Part shown: positions 19,985 to 30,518 of the stretch, in pieces
Layout of the letters: every line of letters begins with the position of its first letter
How positions within the stretch are numbered: the first letter of the stretch is position 1
Source of the DNA: Planctomycetota bacterium
Lineage (GTDB): Bacteria > Planctomycetota > Planctomycetia > Pirellulales > Pirellulaceae
DNA length: 64,000 bases
Assembly: GCA_039821235.1 (NCBI GenBank)
Contig: JBCBOO010000003.1
Location: 20,169 to 84,168 of the forward strand
Direction: 5' to 3'
The notes under the pieces: generated by a model
Seen by the model: only the letters and a program-made list of their open reading frames with translations
What the model was told of the DNA's origin: nothing
Database searches by the model: none
Position numbers and translations under genes: made by a program

Positions 19985-20905
19985 ATGGTTCTATTTTCAA
20001 TCAAGATCTTTAACAACCTGCGCAAGGCAATCGCGGGGCGGCGTTACCCCGCGCAGCTCGCCGGCGGACTCGCGCTTGGGGTGCTGTTGGGCGTGATTCC
20101 CCACGGCAACTTTCTTGCACTGGTCGTCTTGATGGGCGTGCTGTGTTTCCAGGTGAACCATGCGTTCTTGGCCGTGGTCGCGATTGCCACCGCGTTTTGC
20201 GCCACGCACCTTGACCCTTATTCACACGAAGTCGGCAACTATTTGCTAACGCATCCGACCGGCTACGCGATCGCCAAGCAGGCGTGGACGTATCCGATGG
20301 TGCCGTGGATGGAAATCAACAACACCGTCGTGCTGGGCAGTTTCGTCATCGGCCTCGCGGCCGTATTGCCGCTGTTCATGCTGACGTACCCGTTCTTCAA
20401 GTTGTTTGTTCCCGCCGAACCGGTGAGCGACGATGCGGAAGCCGTTTCGTTGGTGGCGGAAGAGAAAACCGAGACGGCAACCAAACCGCGACGCATGATC
20501 CAACCGGTAGTGAACGACGAAACCACGGAGTCGCGCCCGCTGCGTGCTCCGAGGCCAGCGGACTTTCGCTCGCCCCGAGGAACTGCGCCCGCCGTTGCCG
20601 CGACATCCGAACCGGTTTCGATTCCGGTCGATCAAGTGCTTGGCAGCGAACCGGACTTCATGCCCATTGATGGGCCTTCGGTTCCCGCCGACCATCCGAA
20701 CAACCAGTTGCCAACTCGAGAGCAAATGGTTTCCGTTGACACGCGAATCGACGTCATTCGGATGAATGACTATCGCGAAGACAACGGCGAGAACGTGGAG
20801 GGTGAAGGCTCGTCTCAAGAGCCGCCACAAAATATGGACGAAGCGCTCGCATTCTTGCTTCAACAACTGCGTCAAACTCAGAAACAACGGAAGGCGGCAG
20901 GATGA
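19985..20905 (+). CDS. TIGR03546-like (DUF2062-like) membrane protein with long disordered C-terminal extension
   Basis: The N-terminus LRKAIAGRRYPAQLAGGLALGVLLGVIPHGNFLALVVLMGVLCFQVN matches my recollection of the TIGR03546 family. It is paired with the next gene. Confidence 0.55.
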   Translation: MVLFSIKIFNNLRKAIAGRRYPAQLAGGLALGVLLGVIPHGNFLALVVLMGVLCFQVNHAFLAVVAIATAFCATHLDPYSHEVGNYLLTHPTGYAIAKQAWTYPMVPWMEINNTVVLGSFVIGLAAVLPLFMLTYPFFKLFVPAEPVSDDAEAVSLVAEEKTETATKPRRMIQPVVNDETTESRPLRAPRPADFRSPRGTAPAVAATSEPVSIPVDQVLGSEPDFMPIDGPSVPADHPNNQLPTREQMVSVDTRIDVIRMNDYREDNGENVEGEGSSQEPPQNMDEALAFLLQQLRQTQKQRKAAG

Positions 20906-22662
20906 TTCGCTGGCGATACCTAGTCACACGACTGATCTTGATCCTGGCGGTCCTGGTACTGCTGCGTCTCGGGCTTGGACCGGCGGCGCGTTACGTCACG
21001 GTCAAAGGTCTGCAGAGCGCAACGGGTTCCAAAGTCGACATCGGTGCCGCCGATGTTGGTTTGTTCCCACCACGGATTCGCTACCAAGACTTTCAAGTCG
21101 CGGACCCACGCGATGGCAAAGAGATGCGTGATGCGTTTCGTGCCGCAACGATCGAATTGGAACTTGACGGTCAGGCAATGTTGCACCGTCGATGGGTCGC
21201 CAGCAACGGACGAATCTCCGGTTTGCAAATCGGCAGCCGCCGTGATGAAAGCGGACACTTCGAGCCAGTCGACGAAGACGAGGAAGCCTACAGCTTGTCC
21301 GATAAACCCGGGCAACTGAGTGGAATGCTCTCGGGAATCACCGACCGCGTCGAAGAACAACTTGAACAAACGGCCGAAGGCTTGGAAACGGTCCGTCGAA
21401 GTCGCGAGATCAAGACGCGTTGGGAACGCGAGTACGAGCGGCTCGTCAAACAGGCGAAATCGCTCGAGCAGAAAATCCGTGAGTCGAAAGACTCCGCCAA
21501 GACGATCGAAAACCCACTCCGCGATTGGGACAATATCGGACGCACGATCAGCTTGGCGAACGAAAGTCGCACGGAGCTGCAGGCCGTGCTCACCGCCATC
21601 GAATCGATCCCGGGGCAGTTCCGCGCGGACTTGATGACGCTCAAGACAGCCAAACAAGCTGACTTGGACAAGGTCGACGCTTACATTCCCGGTGATTTGT
21701 CGCAGTCACAGAACATGGGTGTCGACTTGGTTGCTGATGCCGTTCAAAAACAGATTGCAACGATTCGGGAGTACTGGGAAGGCGGCCGAACGATCGCCGG
21801 ATACACCGTCGTCGCGCCGGAAAACGAACGCAAACGTGGCATCGACATCGACTTGGTCGGCGACGCCAAACGACCCGACGTGCTCGTTCGTCGCTGCGAA
21901 GTCCAGGGACTGATGCGAGCCGGTGGCGATGCGTACTCGCTGACTGGAACGGTCGAGAACCTTACACCGTCACCCGAACGACTCGATCAGCCCTTGCGAG
22001 CCCAGCTCACACTGGATGGTCCCAAAATCGTCCGTGTCGATTACGTGCGCGATCGACGAGGCGGCAGCGATATCGACCGGCTGACATTGCATTGGCCCCA
22101 GTCCGATGCCGAAGACATGGATCTGGGTGACGACGGAAACACGCGTCTGTCCATCAGCGGTGGAAAGCGTGAAATCTGGGTTCAGATGCGAAGCGAAGGC
22201 GACCAAGTCCAAGGCCGCTTTGTCAGCAAGCAAACTGGAGTCCGTATCGGGTTGGATGTGAATTCTCAGTTCGCCGACCTGCCCGCGACGCGTACGCTAC
22301 GCAATCGTCTTTCAGAAGTCGACGGCATCACGATCGATGCAGGTTTTCAAGGAACTTGGGATGATCTGTCAATGAACTTGAACAGCAATCTTGGCAAGTT
22401 GCTAAAGGATGCGACTCGCGAAGCCTTGGATGAGCAGATCGCAGTTTCGAAAGCCAAGATGCGTCGCAAAGTCGAAGACACGTTCGCAACGGAGCACGCC
22501 AAGCTACTGACATGGTTCAACGAGCAGACCTCCGAAGTTGAATCACTGACGGCGAAAGCTGATGAAGTGCTTCAAGGAATGGGCCGCAAGCTGATCGACG
22601 GAGTGCCGTCGTCCGAAGTGACCATTGGCAGGATGAACAAGTTCCTGAATGGTCGTTTCTAA
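20902..22662 (+). CDS. TIGR03545-like (AsmA-like) membrane-anchored protein
   Basis: It has the N-terminal anchor MIRWRYLVTRLILILAVLVLL followed by GSKVDIGAADVGLFPPRIRYQDFQVADP. The ATGA overlap with the upstream gene fits the canonical TIGR03546/03545 pairing as I recall it. Confidence 0.5.
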   Translation: MIRWRYLVTRLILILAVLVLLRLGLGPAARYVTVKGLQSATGSKVDIGAADVGLFPPRIRYQDFQVADPRDGKEMRDAFRAATIELELDGQAMLHRRWVASNGRISGLQIGSRRDESGHFEPVDEDEEAYSLSDKPGQLSGMLSGITDRVEEQLEQTAEGLETVRRSREIKTRWEREYERLVKQAKSLEQKIRESKDSAKTIENPLRDWDNIGRTISLANESRTELQAVLTAIESIPGQFRADLMTLKTAKQADLDKVDAYIPGDLSQSQNMGVDLVADAVQKQIATIREYWEGGRTIAGYTVVAPENERKRGIDIDLVGDAKRPDVLVRRCEVQGLMRAGGDAYSLTGTVENLTPSPERLDQPLRAQLTLDGPKIVRVDYVRDRRGGSDIDRLTLHWPQSDAEDMDLGDDGNTRLSISGGKREIWVQMRSEGDQVQGRFVSKQTGVRIGLDVNSQFADLPATRTLRNRLSEVDGITIDAGFQGTWDDLSMNLNSNLGKLLKDATREALDEQIAVSKAKMRRKVEDTFATEHAKLLTWFNEQTSEVESLTAKADEVLQGMGRKLIDGVPSSEVTIGRMNKFLNGRF

Positions 22663-22972
22663 GCAACCAGTGCTTTGTCGCCAGAACTAAGCCGCGGTTG
22701 TTTGTACAAGGCCGGGGCTATCGCCGGCGAGTCAAAGCCAGCCACAGAAAAGTCGCCCATCGGTTCCACCCGATGGAAACGTGTTTCAATCGATCGGACG
22801 GAGCCGATCGGCGACAATCTTTGGTCAGCCGTTTTCAACGGCATGCTGGAACGGACGGGAAGTTTCGTCGGTTCAACTCGGCCGCGCCTCATCTGCTAGC
22901 AGCTTGCCAATTGTAAACGTCTCCACCGACTTCCATAGATCACGCGGGCGCAGGGCAAGAATTGACGTTGCG

Positions 22973-23953
22973 TTAGCTTCGGATCATCACGTTGATTGCG
23001 GTGATGTAACGTTCGATCGTTTCCTGATCGGTGTCGCGCCAACCGGCGGTCTTGTGTCGCAAGATGGCGAGCTTCATTGACTCAACGGCATCCGAGAGAT
23101 CATCGGGCAGCGCCGGAAGTCCCAGGAAGGGTTGGACCGGTGTCGCATCGCTCTGCTCCGAGTCTGCCACTGCGGCCGGTGCGCCACTTTCACCGGCACC
23201 AAGCGTTTGCAGTTCTTCTTCGTCACCGAAATCGGGGCCTTCAAACGTTGGCCCAGCCGCAACGCCGCTGCCATCTTGGTCGTACTCGCGTGCCTTGCCA
23301 TCACCCTGTGCCGGCAGTGCCATGTCTTCATCGGTGTCGACTTCGATGATCTGGCTCGCGGTGGGACGCTGGCTGTCGACGGCTCCTTCGGCCTGCCAGC
23401 GTTTTTCTCGCATTGCCGAGATGCTCCATTTTTCACCCGACGCTCCCTCCAGCCACATCGGAGCGTCTTCCCAATCGAGTGCCGCCAGGAAGTGACTCCA
23501 ATAAAGCCCTTCGTAGGTTGGATAAGTCTCTCCGAACTTTTCAAACACCCTTCGGAGCCGGCCGACATGCGGCGCGGTGACTCCGCCCACACGCCGCGAC
23601 CACGCTTCATCGGAGTAGTGCGTGGCGTCGACTCCCGACTCGATCAAACTGGCACGCCACTGGCTGATGATGCGGCCTTTCTCCCAGTTGGTCGTGCTGA
23701 TCAGCGTGTTCCACCTGCCGACGTAGGGCTCGGCGAGTTCGGACGCGGTCTCCAGTTCTCCGTCCGATACAACGGATCCGTTGTCCTCAGGCATGTCCTC
23801 GGACACATCTTCCCAAGCCGCCTTGGCTGCTTCGATGTCTGGATCCGATGAGACGGACCTGTCGGTAGGCGAATCGACCGTGGAGGGATCTTCCGTGGTT
23901 TGAGAATCGGACACGTTGTGGTCTTGAGCAGAGGAGATTTCTTCCTGAGGCAT
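22973..23953 (-). CDS. hypothetical acidic protein
   Basis: It is a long ORF with acidic, disordered N- and C-terminal flanks around a Trp-rich core (WNTLISTTNWEKGRIISQWR...). The internal ATG at 23953 is preferred. No family was recognised. Confidence 0.5.
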   Translation of the reverse strand: MPQEEISSAQDHNVSDSQTTEDPSTVDSPTDRSVSSDPDIEAAKAAWEDVSEDMPEDNGSVVSDGELETASELAEPYVGRWNTLISTTNWEKGRIISQWRASLIESGVDATHYSDEAWSRRVGGVTAPHVGRLRRVFEKFGETYPTYEGLYWSHFLAALDWEDAPMWLEGASGEKWSISAMREKRWQAEGAVDSQRPTASQIIEVDTDEDMALPAQGDGKAREYDQDGSGVAAGPTFEGPDFGDEEELQTLGAGESGAPAAVADSEQSDATPVQPFLGLPALPDDLSDAVESMKLAILRHKTAGWRDTDQETIERYITAINVMIRS

Positions 23954-24156
23954 CTGCAAATGGGGATCGAGGCGCGGCGGACAAGATGAAGCTTGCGTGA
24001 ACAAACTCACGCTGGGCGTACGCTACCGGATGGCCGGGTAGTCGTGAAATAGCCGGCTTGAGAAACGGTGTTGGACACGCGATTTTCGGAGCCGAACGGC
24101 GCACCTAGGTAAACTTTAACTGTGGAAAGGTTGTCGGCGACAAGAGACGTCGTCGA

Positions 24157-26238
<2,082 letters not shown>

Positions 26239-26305
26239 TCAAAACGTGGCCAATGAGTCATTCAATGACATCTCGCATAGTTTAACGCCCGCGACCGTCG
26301 TTCGA

Positions 26306-28285
26306 CTATGCCGGAGGCGGAGGCATCGTGTCCGGCATCGACTTGTGATGACGCAGGATCTGTTTCGCTTGTTGGTGCAATTCGCGTCTTGTTCGATTGA
26401 TCGCAAGCTTCAGGTCGGCGTCCGTCCAATCGAGTTTCTTGGCAGCTTGGCTGAGCAGTTTTTTCTCAGGTGCCGAAACCTTCCCGTCGACAAGAGCCGC
26501 CCGCAGGAGATGGTCCATGAAAACGTTGGCTTTGTCAGGGTCGTCGGGCAATTCGATTTCCGTGTCACGCGCCACGGCCGAAGAAAAAATCTTCTTGAGT
26601 TGTTCATTACTTAGTCCTCGTTTCTTACCCATGTCGATGATCAGCTCGCGTTCCTTGACGTGAAGCTCTCCGTCGGCGGCCACGAGACGACAAAGCGAAA
26701 TGAGCAATTCGGGTTCGTTCAAGAATCGGTCCGCTTCCAGTCTTTCCGTGCCTCCAGCAATCTCGACGCGCTCATCCTGTTTGTCTTCGCGGATCAATTC
26801 GGAAACGAGTTTGTGGTCCAGAACATCTTCGAGCACCCAGTCGGCGTTGCCGTCATTGATTGCACTGTTGCAGAACCCACACGCGTCCTCCGTCCCGATC
26901 TCGATGGGGGCGCCGCAGCCCGTGCAACTGAATGATGCGAACGCCATTTCCGCTTTGCTGTTCACGCCCGCCTTTCGCTTGAGGACCATGACGTGCGAAT
27001 AAATGCGTTGATGGCCGAAGAGTTCCGGTGAACGATGTTCGCCTTGTGCCGGCGTAGCGGACCATCGGATCAAGACAAAGATACGATCGAACGCGTCTTC
27101 TTTGGCGGGCTTGCATGCGACGACTTCGACGACACCGACCGCGGGGGTTTTCCAAAACCAGCCCTTGCCGCGGTTCCAACGTTTTGGGATTTCGGAGACA
27201 TCGCGGTGCAGGACCGGCTGGGCGAGTTTTGGATCACTGAAGTAAGTCGACATCATGCAACGCCAATAAACCACCGAGGCGCGGTCTTCGAGGTGTTGGA
27301 AATTCAATCCTGCATCACCTTGTTGCAGTTCATCCCAACCCGCAACGGAGTGTTGCGCCGGAGGAATGACCCATTCCTCGACTTGGGTGATTTCGGACAG
27401 CACCCAATCATGCTGACCGGAACTGACGATCGTCTTGCACTGGGGGCAACGTGCTTTGTCAACGATATCAATGGGTCCTGAGCAATTAGGGCAGCGGCCT
27501 TCCATCACGGAGGCTTGCGGGTTGGTGGTCACGCCGGGCCGCCGGCTGAATGACCAGACCTCGCTGAACCGAGTGGGGGTTTTGTCGCTGTTGCCGGAAA
27601 CACGTCGACCGGAATCCAAGTCTTCGTTGAAGCTGATCGCGGATGCCGTGATCATCACGTGGATCGTGTCAAAGTGTTTGTCCGCGGTGACACAAACGAT
27701 CTCCGAAGACTCGATCGTGACGTTACGCATTCGGTTACGAAGGTTCTCCGCCTTTTGCATCGCGATGTAGAGTTCAAACCGCTCGTGCACACCATCGGAG
27801 ATAAAGGCGCGGCACGGCCGGAGATCTTGTTCGCTCCAGGCGTCTTGCGTGACCAAGAAAGCGTTTTGAAGACGTTTGATAAAAACGTCGAGAGAGAATT
27901 CCGGATCTCGTTGTTGGATCTGTTGAAGGGCGGCCATTCTCAGGTCCGCCTCTTGGACCTTTCGTCCACGCCGAATCGTTCGTGTGATGCGGTAGTCGTT
28001 GCCGGTTTTGGATCCGTAGTAGAAGAAAGCCGCAACCGCGATCCAAATCGGAATCGAAAAATAGGGGTACGCGAATGTCAGACGGATGAGCAGCACGATC
28101 AGCTCGCCGCCGCCGTCTCCTCCACCTCCGCCGCCGCTGAAACCACCGCCGCCGCTAAAACCGCCGCCACCTCCTCCTCCGCCCCCGAAATTGCCGCCTC
28201 CTCCGGCCTGAGCTAACAGATTTTCAAACATCAACAAGCTTGCTTCGTGCACCGATTTGCCGTGGGGTTGAAATTCGCTAAACAC
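26306..28285 (-). CDS. multidomain protein: Gly-rich N-terminus, TM, two Tim44-like modules each with a CxxC...CxxC ribbon, TerB-like C-terminus
   Basis: It has the GGGNFGGGGGGGGGFSGGGGFSGGGGGG tract (nt 28105-28207) and TM segments (ELIVLLIRLTF..., IPIWIAVAAFFYY). The ribbons are CPNCSGPI...CPQC and CTGCGAPI...CGFC. The TerB-like repeats are AADGELHVKERELIIDMG and LVDGKVSAPEKKLLSQAA. An alternative start is at 28231. Confidence 0.6.
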   Translation of the reverse strand: MFSEFQPHGKSVHEASLLMFENLLAQAGGGGNFGGGGGGGGGFSGGGGFSGGGGGGDGGGELIVLLIRLTFAYPYFSIPIWIAVAAFFYYGSKTGNDYRITRTIRRGRKVQEADLRMAALQQIQQRDPEFSLDVFIKRLQNAFLVTQDAWSEQDLRPCRAFISDGVHERFELYIAMQKAENLRNRMRNVTIESSEIVCVTADKHFDTIHVMITASAISFNEDLDSGRRVSGNSDKTPTRFSEVWSFSRRPGVTTNPQASVMEGRCPNCSGPIDIVDKARCPQCKTIVSSGQHDWVLSEITQVEEWVIPPAQHSVAGWDELQQGDAGLNFQHLEDRASVVYWRCMMSTYFSDPKLAQPVLHRDVSEIPKRWNRGKGWFWKTPAVGVVEVVACKPAKEDAFDRIFVLIRWSATPAQGEHRSPELFGHQRIYSHVMVLKRKAGVNSKAEMAFASFSCTGCGAPIEIGTEDACGFCNSAINDGNADWVLEDVLDHKLVSELIREDKQDERVEIAGGTERLEADRFLNEPELLISLCRLVAADGELHVKERELIIDMGKKRGLSNEQLKKIFSSAVARDTEIELPDDPDKANVFMDHLLRAALVDGKVSAPEKKLLSQAAKKLDWTDADLKLAINRTRRELHQQAKQILRHHKSMPDTMPPPPA

Positions 28286-28431
28286 CGTTGTTCCTGTGAG
28301 GCCCGAAAACGGCCCCGCAAGGTCGGAATGTCGCTCGAAACGGGCTCATTTTATTCGCGGCTCGAGCAACAAGAGTAAGTTGTACCCGTTCCGTTTGGAG
28401 TTCGTTCCCCGGCTACCACTTTTAAACCACC

Positions 28432-29859
28432 ATGATGTATTCGTTCTTTCCGAAATGCCGTGCCCGTTACTTTCTCATCACGGCTTCATTGGCGATGCTG
28501 CTACTGGGAATGCTCGCGACCCCCGGAATGTCGGTCGGCGCGGATTGGGCGATCGCGATCCATGGTGGCGCGGGCAGTGATCCCACGATCGCCAGCGAGG
28601 AGACTCGCAAAGCGAGACGCAGCGGTATTGAGAAGGCGCTCCAAACGGGGAAGGATATCTTGGCCAATGGAGGCTCTTCACTGGATGCCGTCGAGGCGGT
28701 CATTCGGTTGCTGGAAGACGACGCCGCATTCAACTCAGGTCGTGGTGCGGTTCTCAATTCGGATGGGAAAGCTGAGTTGGACGCGTCCATCATGGACGGT
28801 GCCACACGGCGTTGCGGAGCGATTGCGGGTGTCACGCGGGTTAAAAATCCGATCACTCTGGCCCGACGTGTGATGACGGAAACCAAGCATGTGCTGCTGG
28901 GTGCCGAGGGCGCGGACCGATTCGCTGTCGAGCAAGGTGTGACTTTGGTGCCTCCGGATTACTTCCTCAGCTATCGCGAACGCCGGGAAGGAAAGCGACC
29001 GGCAGTACTGCCGCCGGAGGGCGTTCACGATCAAGACGAAATTCACTACGGAACCGTCGGCTGCGTCGCGCTGGATACCCAAGGTCACTTGGCGGCGGGA
29101 ACCAGCACCGGCGGGACGGCAAATAAGTTACCCGGTCGAATCGGCGATTCGCCGATCGTGGGCGCGGGCACATTTGCCGATGACGACACGGTCGCCGTTT
29201 CCGGAACCGGTGTCGGTGAAGAGTACATTCGCAACGCAGTCGCCTACGACGTATCCGCTCAAATGAAGTATGCCGGACGCCGGCTAAGCGATGCCGTCAC
29301 GGAGATCATGACCGAGCGGCTCAAGCCCGGAATCGGGGGCCTGATCTGTGTCTCCAAGGACGGCGAAGTCGTCATGCAGCACAATACGCCGGGCATGACC
29401 TGTGGCGTTGCCGACAGTAACGGTCGATTTGAAACCTACTTGAAGCTCGAGAATGGCGGCCAATCCGAGTCCGATGAAACGAGCGGTGACGAAGCGACCA
29501 TCAAGGCGATGATCCTCCAGCAGTCCGAAGATTGGAATGCCGGGGATCTGGATGGCTTTATGAGCGTTTACTGGAAAAGCGATGCATTGACGTTTAGTTC
29601 CGGCGGGCAGACCACGCGTGGTTGGGATGCGACGATGAAGCGTTACCGCCGCCGCTACCCCGACAAGGCCACGATGGGAAATACCCAATTCAGCGAACTG
29701 GAATTCACGCGTCTCGATGAGAATGCGATGAAGGTACTCGGTCGTTGGGAACTGACCCGGGACGAAGATCCGATCGGAGGTCGCTTCACGCTGATCTTCC
29801 AGAAAATCGAAGGCCAGTGGAAGATCATTCACGATCACACGTCGGCACGCAGTGATTGA
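28432..29859 (+). CDS. secreted isoaspartyl peptidase/L-asparaginase (Ntn hydrolase) fused to a C-terminal SnoaL/DUF4440-like domain
   Basis: It has a signal peptide, HGGAGS, the autoprocessing site HYGTVGCVALD and GTG.GEE. The last ~130 aa (IKAMILQQSEDWNAGDLDGFMSVYW...FQKIEGQWKIIHDHTS) look NTF2/SnoaL-like. Confidence 0.82.
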   Translation: MMYSFFPKCRARYFLITASLAMLLLGMLATPGMSVGADWAIAIHGGAGSDPTIASEETRKARRSGIEKALQTGKDILANGGSSLDAVEAVIRLLEDDAAFNSGRGAVLNSDGKAELDASIMDGATRRCGAIAGVTRVKNPITLARRVMTETKHVLLGAEGADRFAVEQGVTLVPPDYFLSYRERREGKRPAVLPPEGVHDQDEIHYGTVGCVALDTQGHLAAGTSTGGTANKLPGRIGDSPIVGAGTFADDDTVAVSGTGVGEEYIRNAVAYDVSAQMKYAGRRLSDAVTEIMTERLKPGIGGLICVSKDGEVVMQHNTPGMTCGVADSNGRFETYLKLENGGQSESDETSGDEATIKAMILQQSEDWNAGDLDGFMSVYWKSDALTFSSGGQTTRGWDATMKRYRRRYPDKATMGNTQFSELEFTRLDENAMKVLGRWELTRDEDPIGGRFTLIFQKIEGQWKIIHDHTSARSD

Positions 29860-30027
29860 TCGACATCAAGTGATCGGATGTGATTGACTCATCCGCGTTT
29901 GACTCTGACTTGAGGGCGGTTTCCTTGGAGCCTCCTCGGAGTCTATTCTTTCGGTGGGCCGCGTATCCGCTTCGACGTTGCCGGCCCCGTATTCCTTCCC
30001 AAAAAATCTACGAAGAGCAATCGGACG

Positions 30028-30339
30028 ATGGCACGACTTGCACACCACGTTTTCTTTACGTTGAAAGACAGCAGCCCCGAAGCCACCGACAGTTTGATTG
30101 CGGACTGCCAGACTTACTTGGATGATCACGACGGCCTGGTGGACTTTTCCGTCGGAAGACGCGACCCCGAGTTGAACCGGCCTGTGAATTTGACGTTCGA
30201 CGTTTCACTGCATGTGATTTTCAAAGACCGAGCCGCGCATGACGTCTACCAGACTGCGCCGCGCCATCTCGAGTTTATCGAACGTCAAAAAGAAAACTGG
30301 GCGCAGGTGCAGGTGTGCGACAGCGTCCTGGAAGACTAA
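30028..30339 (+). CDS. Dabb (stress-responsive alpha/beta-barrel) family protein
   Basis: It is 103 aa. HHVFFTLKDSSPEATDSLIADCQTYL and VSLHVIFKDRAAHDVYQTAPRHLEF are typical of the Dabb fold. Confidence 0.75.
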   Translation: MARLAHHVFFTLKDSSPEATDSLIADCQTYLDDHDGLVDFSVGRRDPELNRPVNLTFDVSLHVIFKDRAAHDVYQTAPRHLEFIERQKENWAQVQVCDSVLED

Positions 30340-30382
30340 GTGCTTCGTCAATTTTTTAAAATTACGGTCGGCTTTTTAGTAG

Positions 30383-30420
30383 CACGGCTCTCCGAGCCGT
30401 GAGGACTCGGCTCGGAGAGC
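30383..30420 (+). terminator. GC-rich nested palindrome downstream of the Dabb gene
   Basis: The hairpin is cacggctc-tcc-gagccgtg (30383-30401). It is followed by ggctcggagagcc (30408-30420), the inverted copy of ggctctccgagcc. No clear T-run is present. Confidence 0.4.
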
Positions 30421-30518
30421 CAGGGCAACTTTCTTTGCGACCCCAAAATTAAATTGAGACGCAGCACTAGCTCGCGCGACGGTGGTCTGTTGCGTGACGA
30501 GTTGACGACGCCGGGCGA

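Noticed and set aside
22663-22972. A 310-nt gap between convergent genes was inspected for an ncRNA or tRNA.
   Set aside because: It contains only short weak hairpins. I recognised no tRNA cloverleaf, tmRNA, RNase P or riboswitch signature. The same applies to the gaps at 720-1204, 16005-16288, 29860-30027 and 41061-41380.
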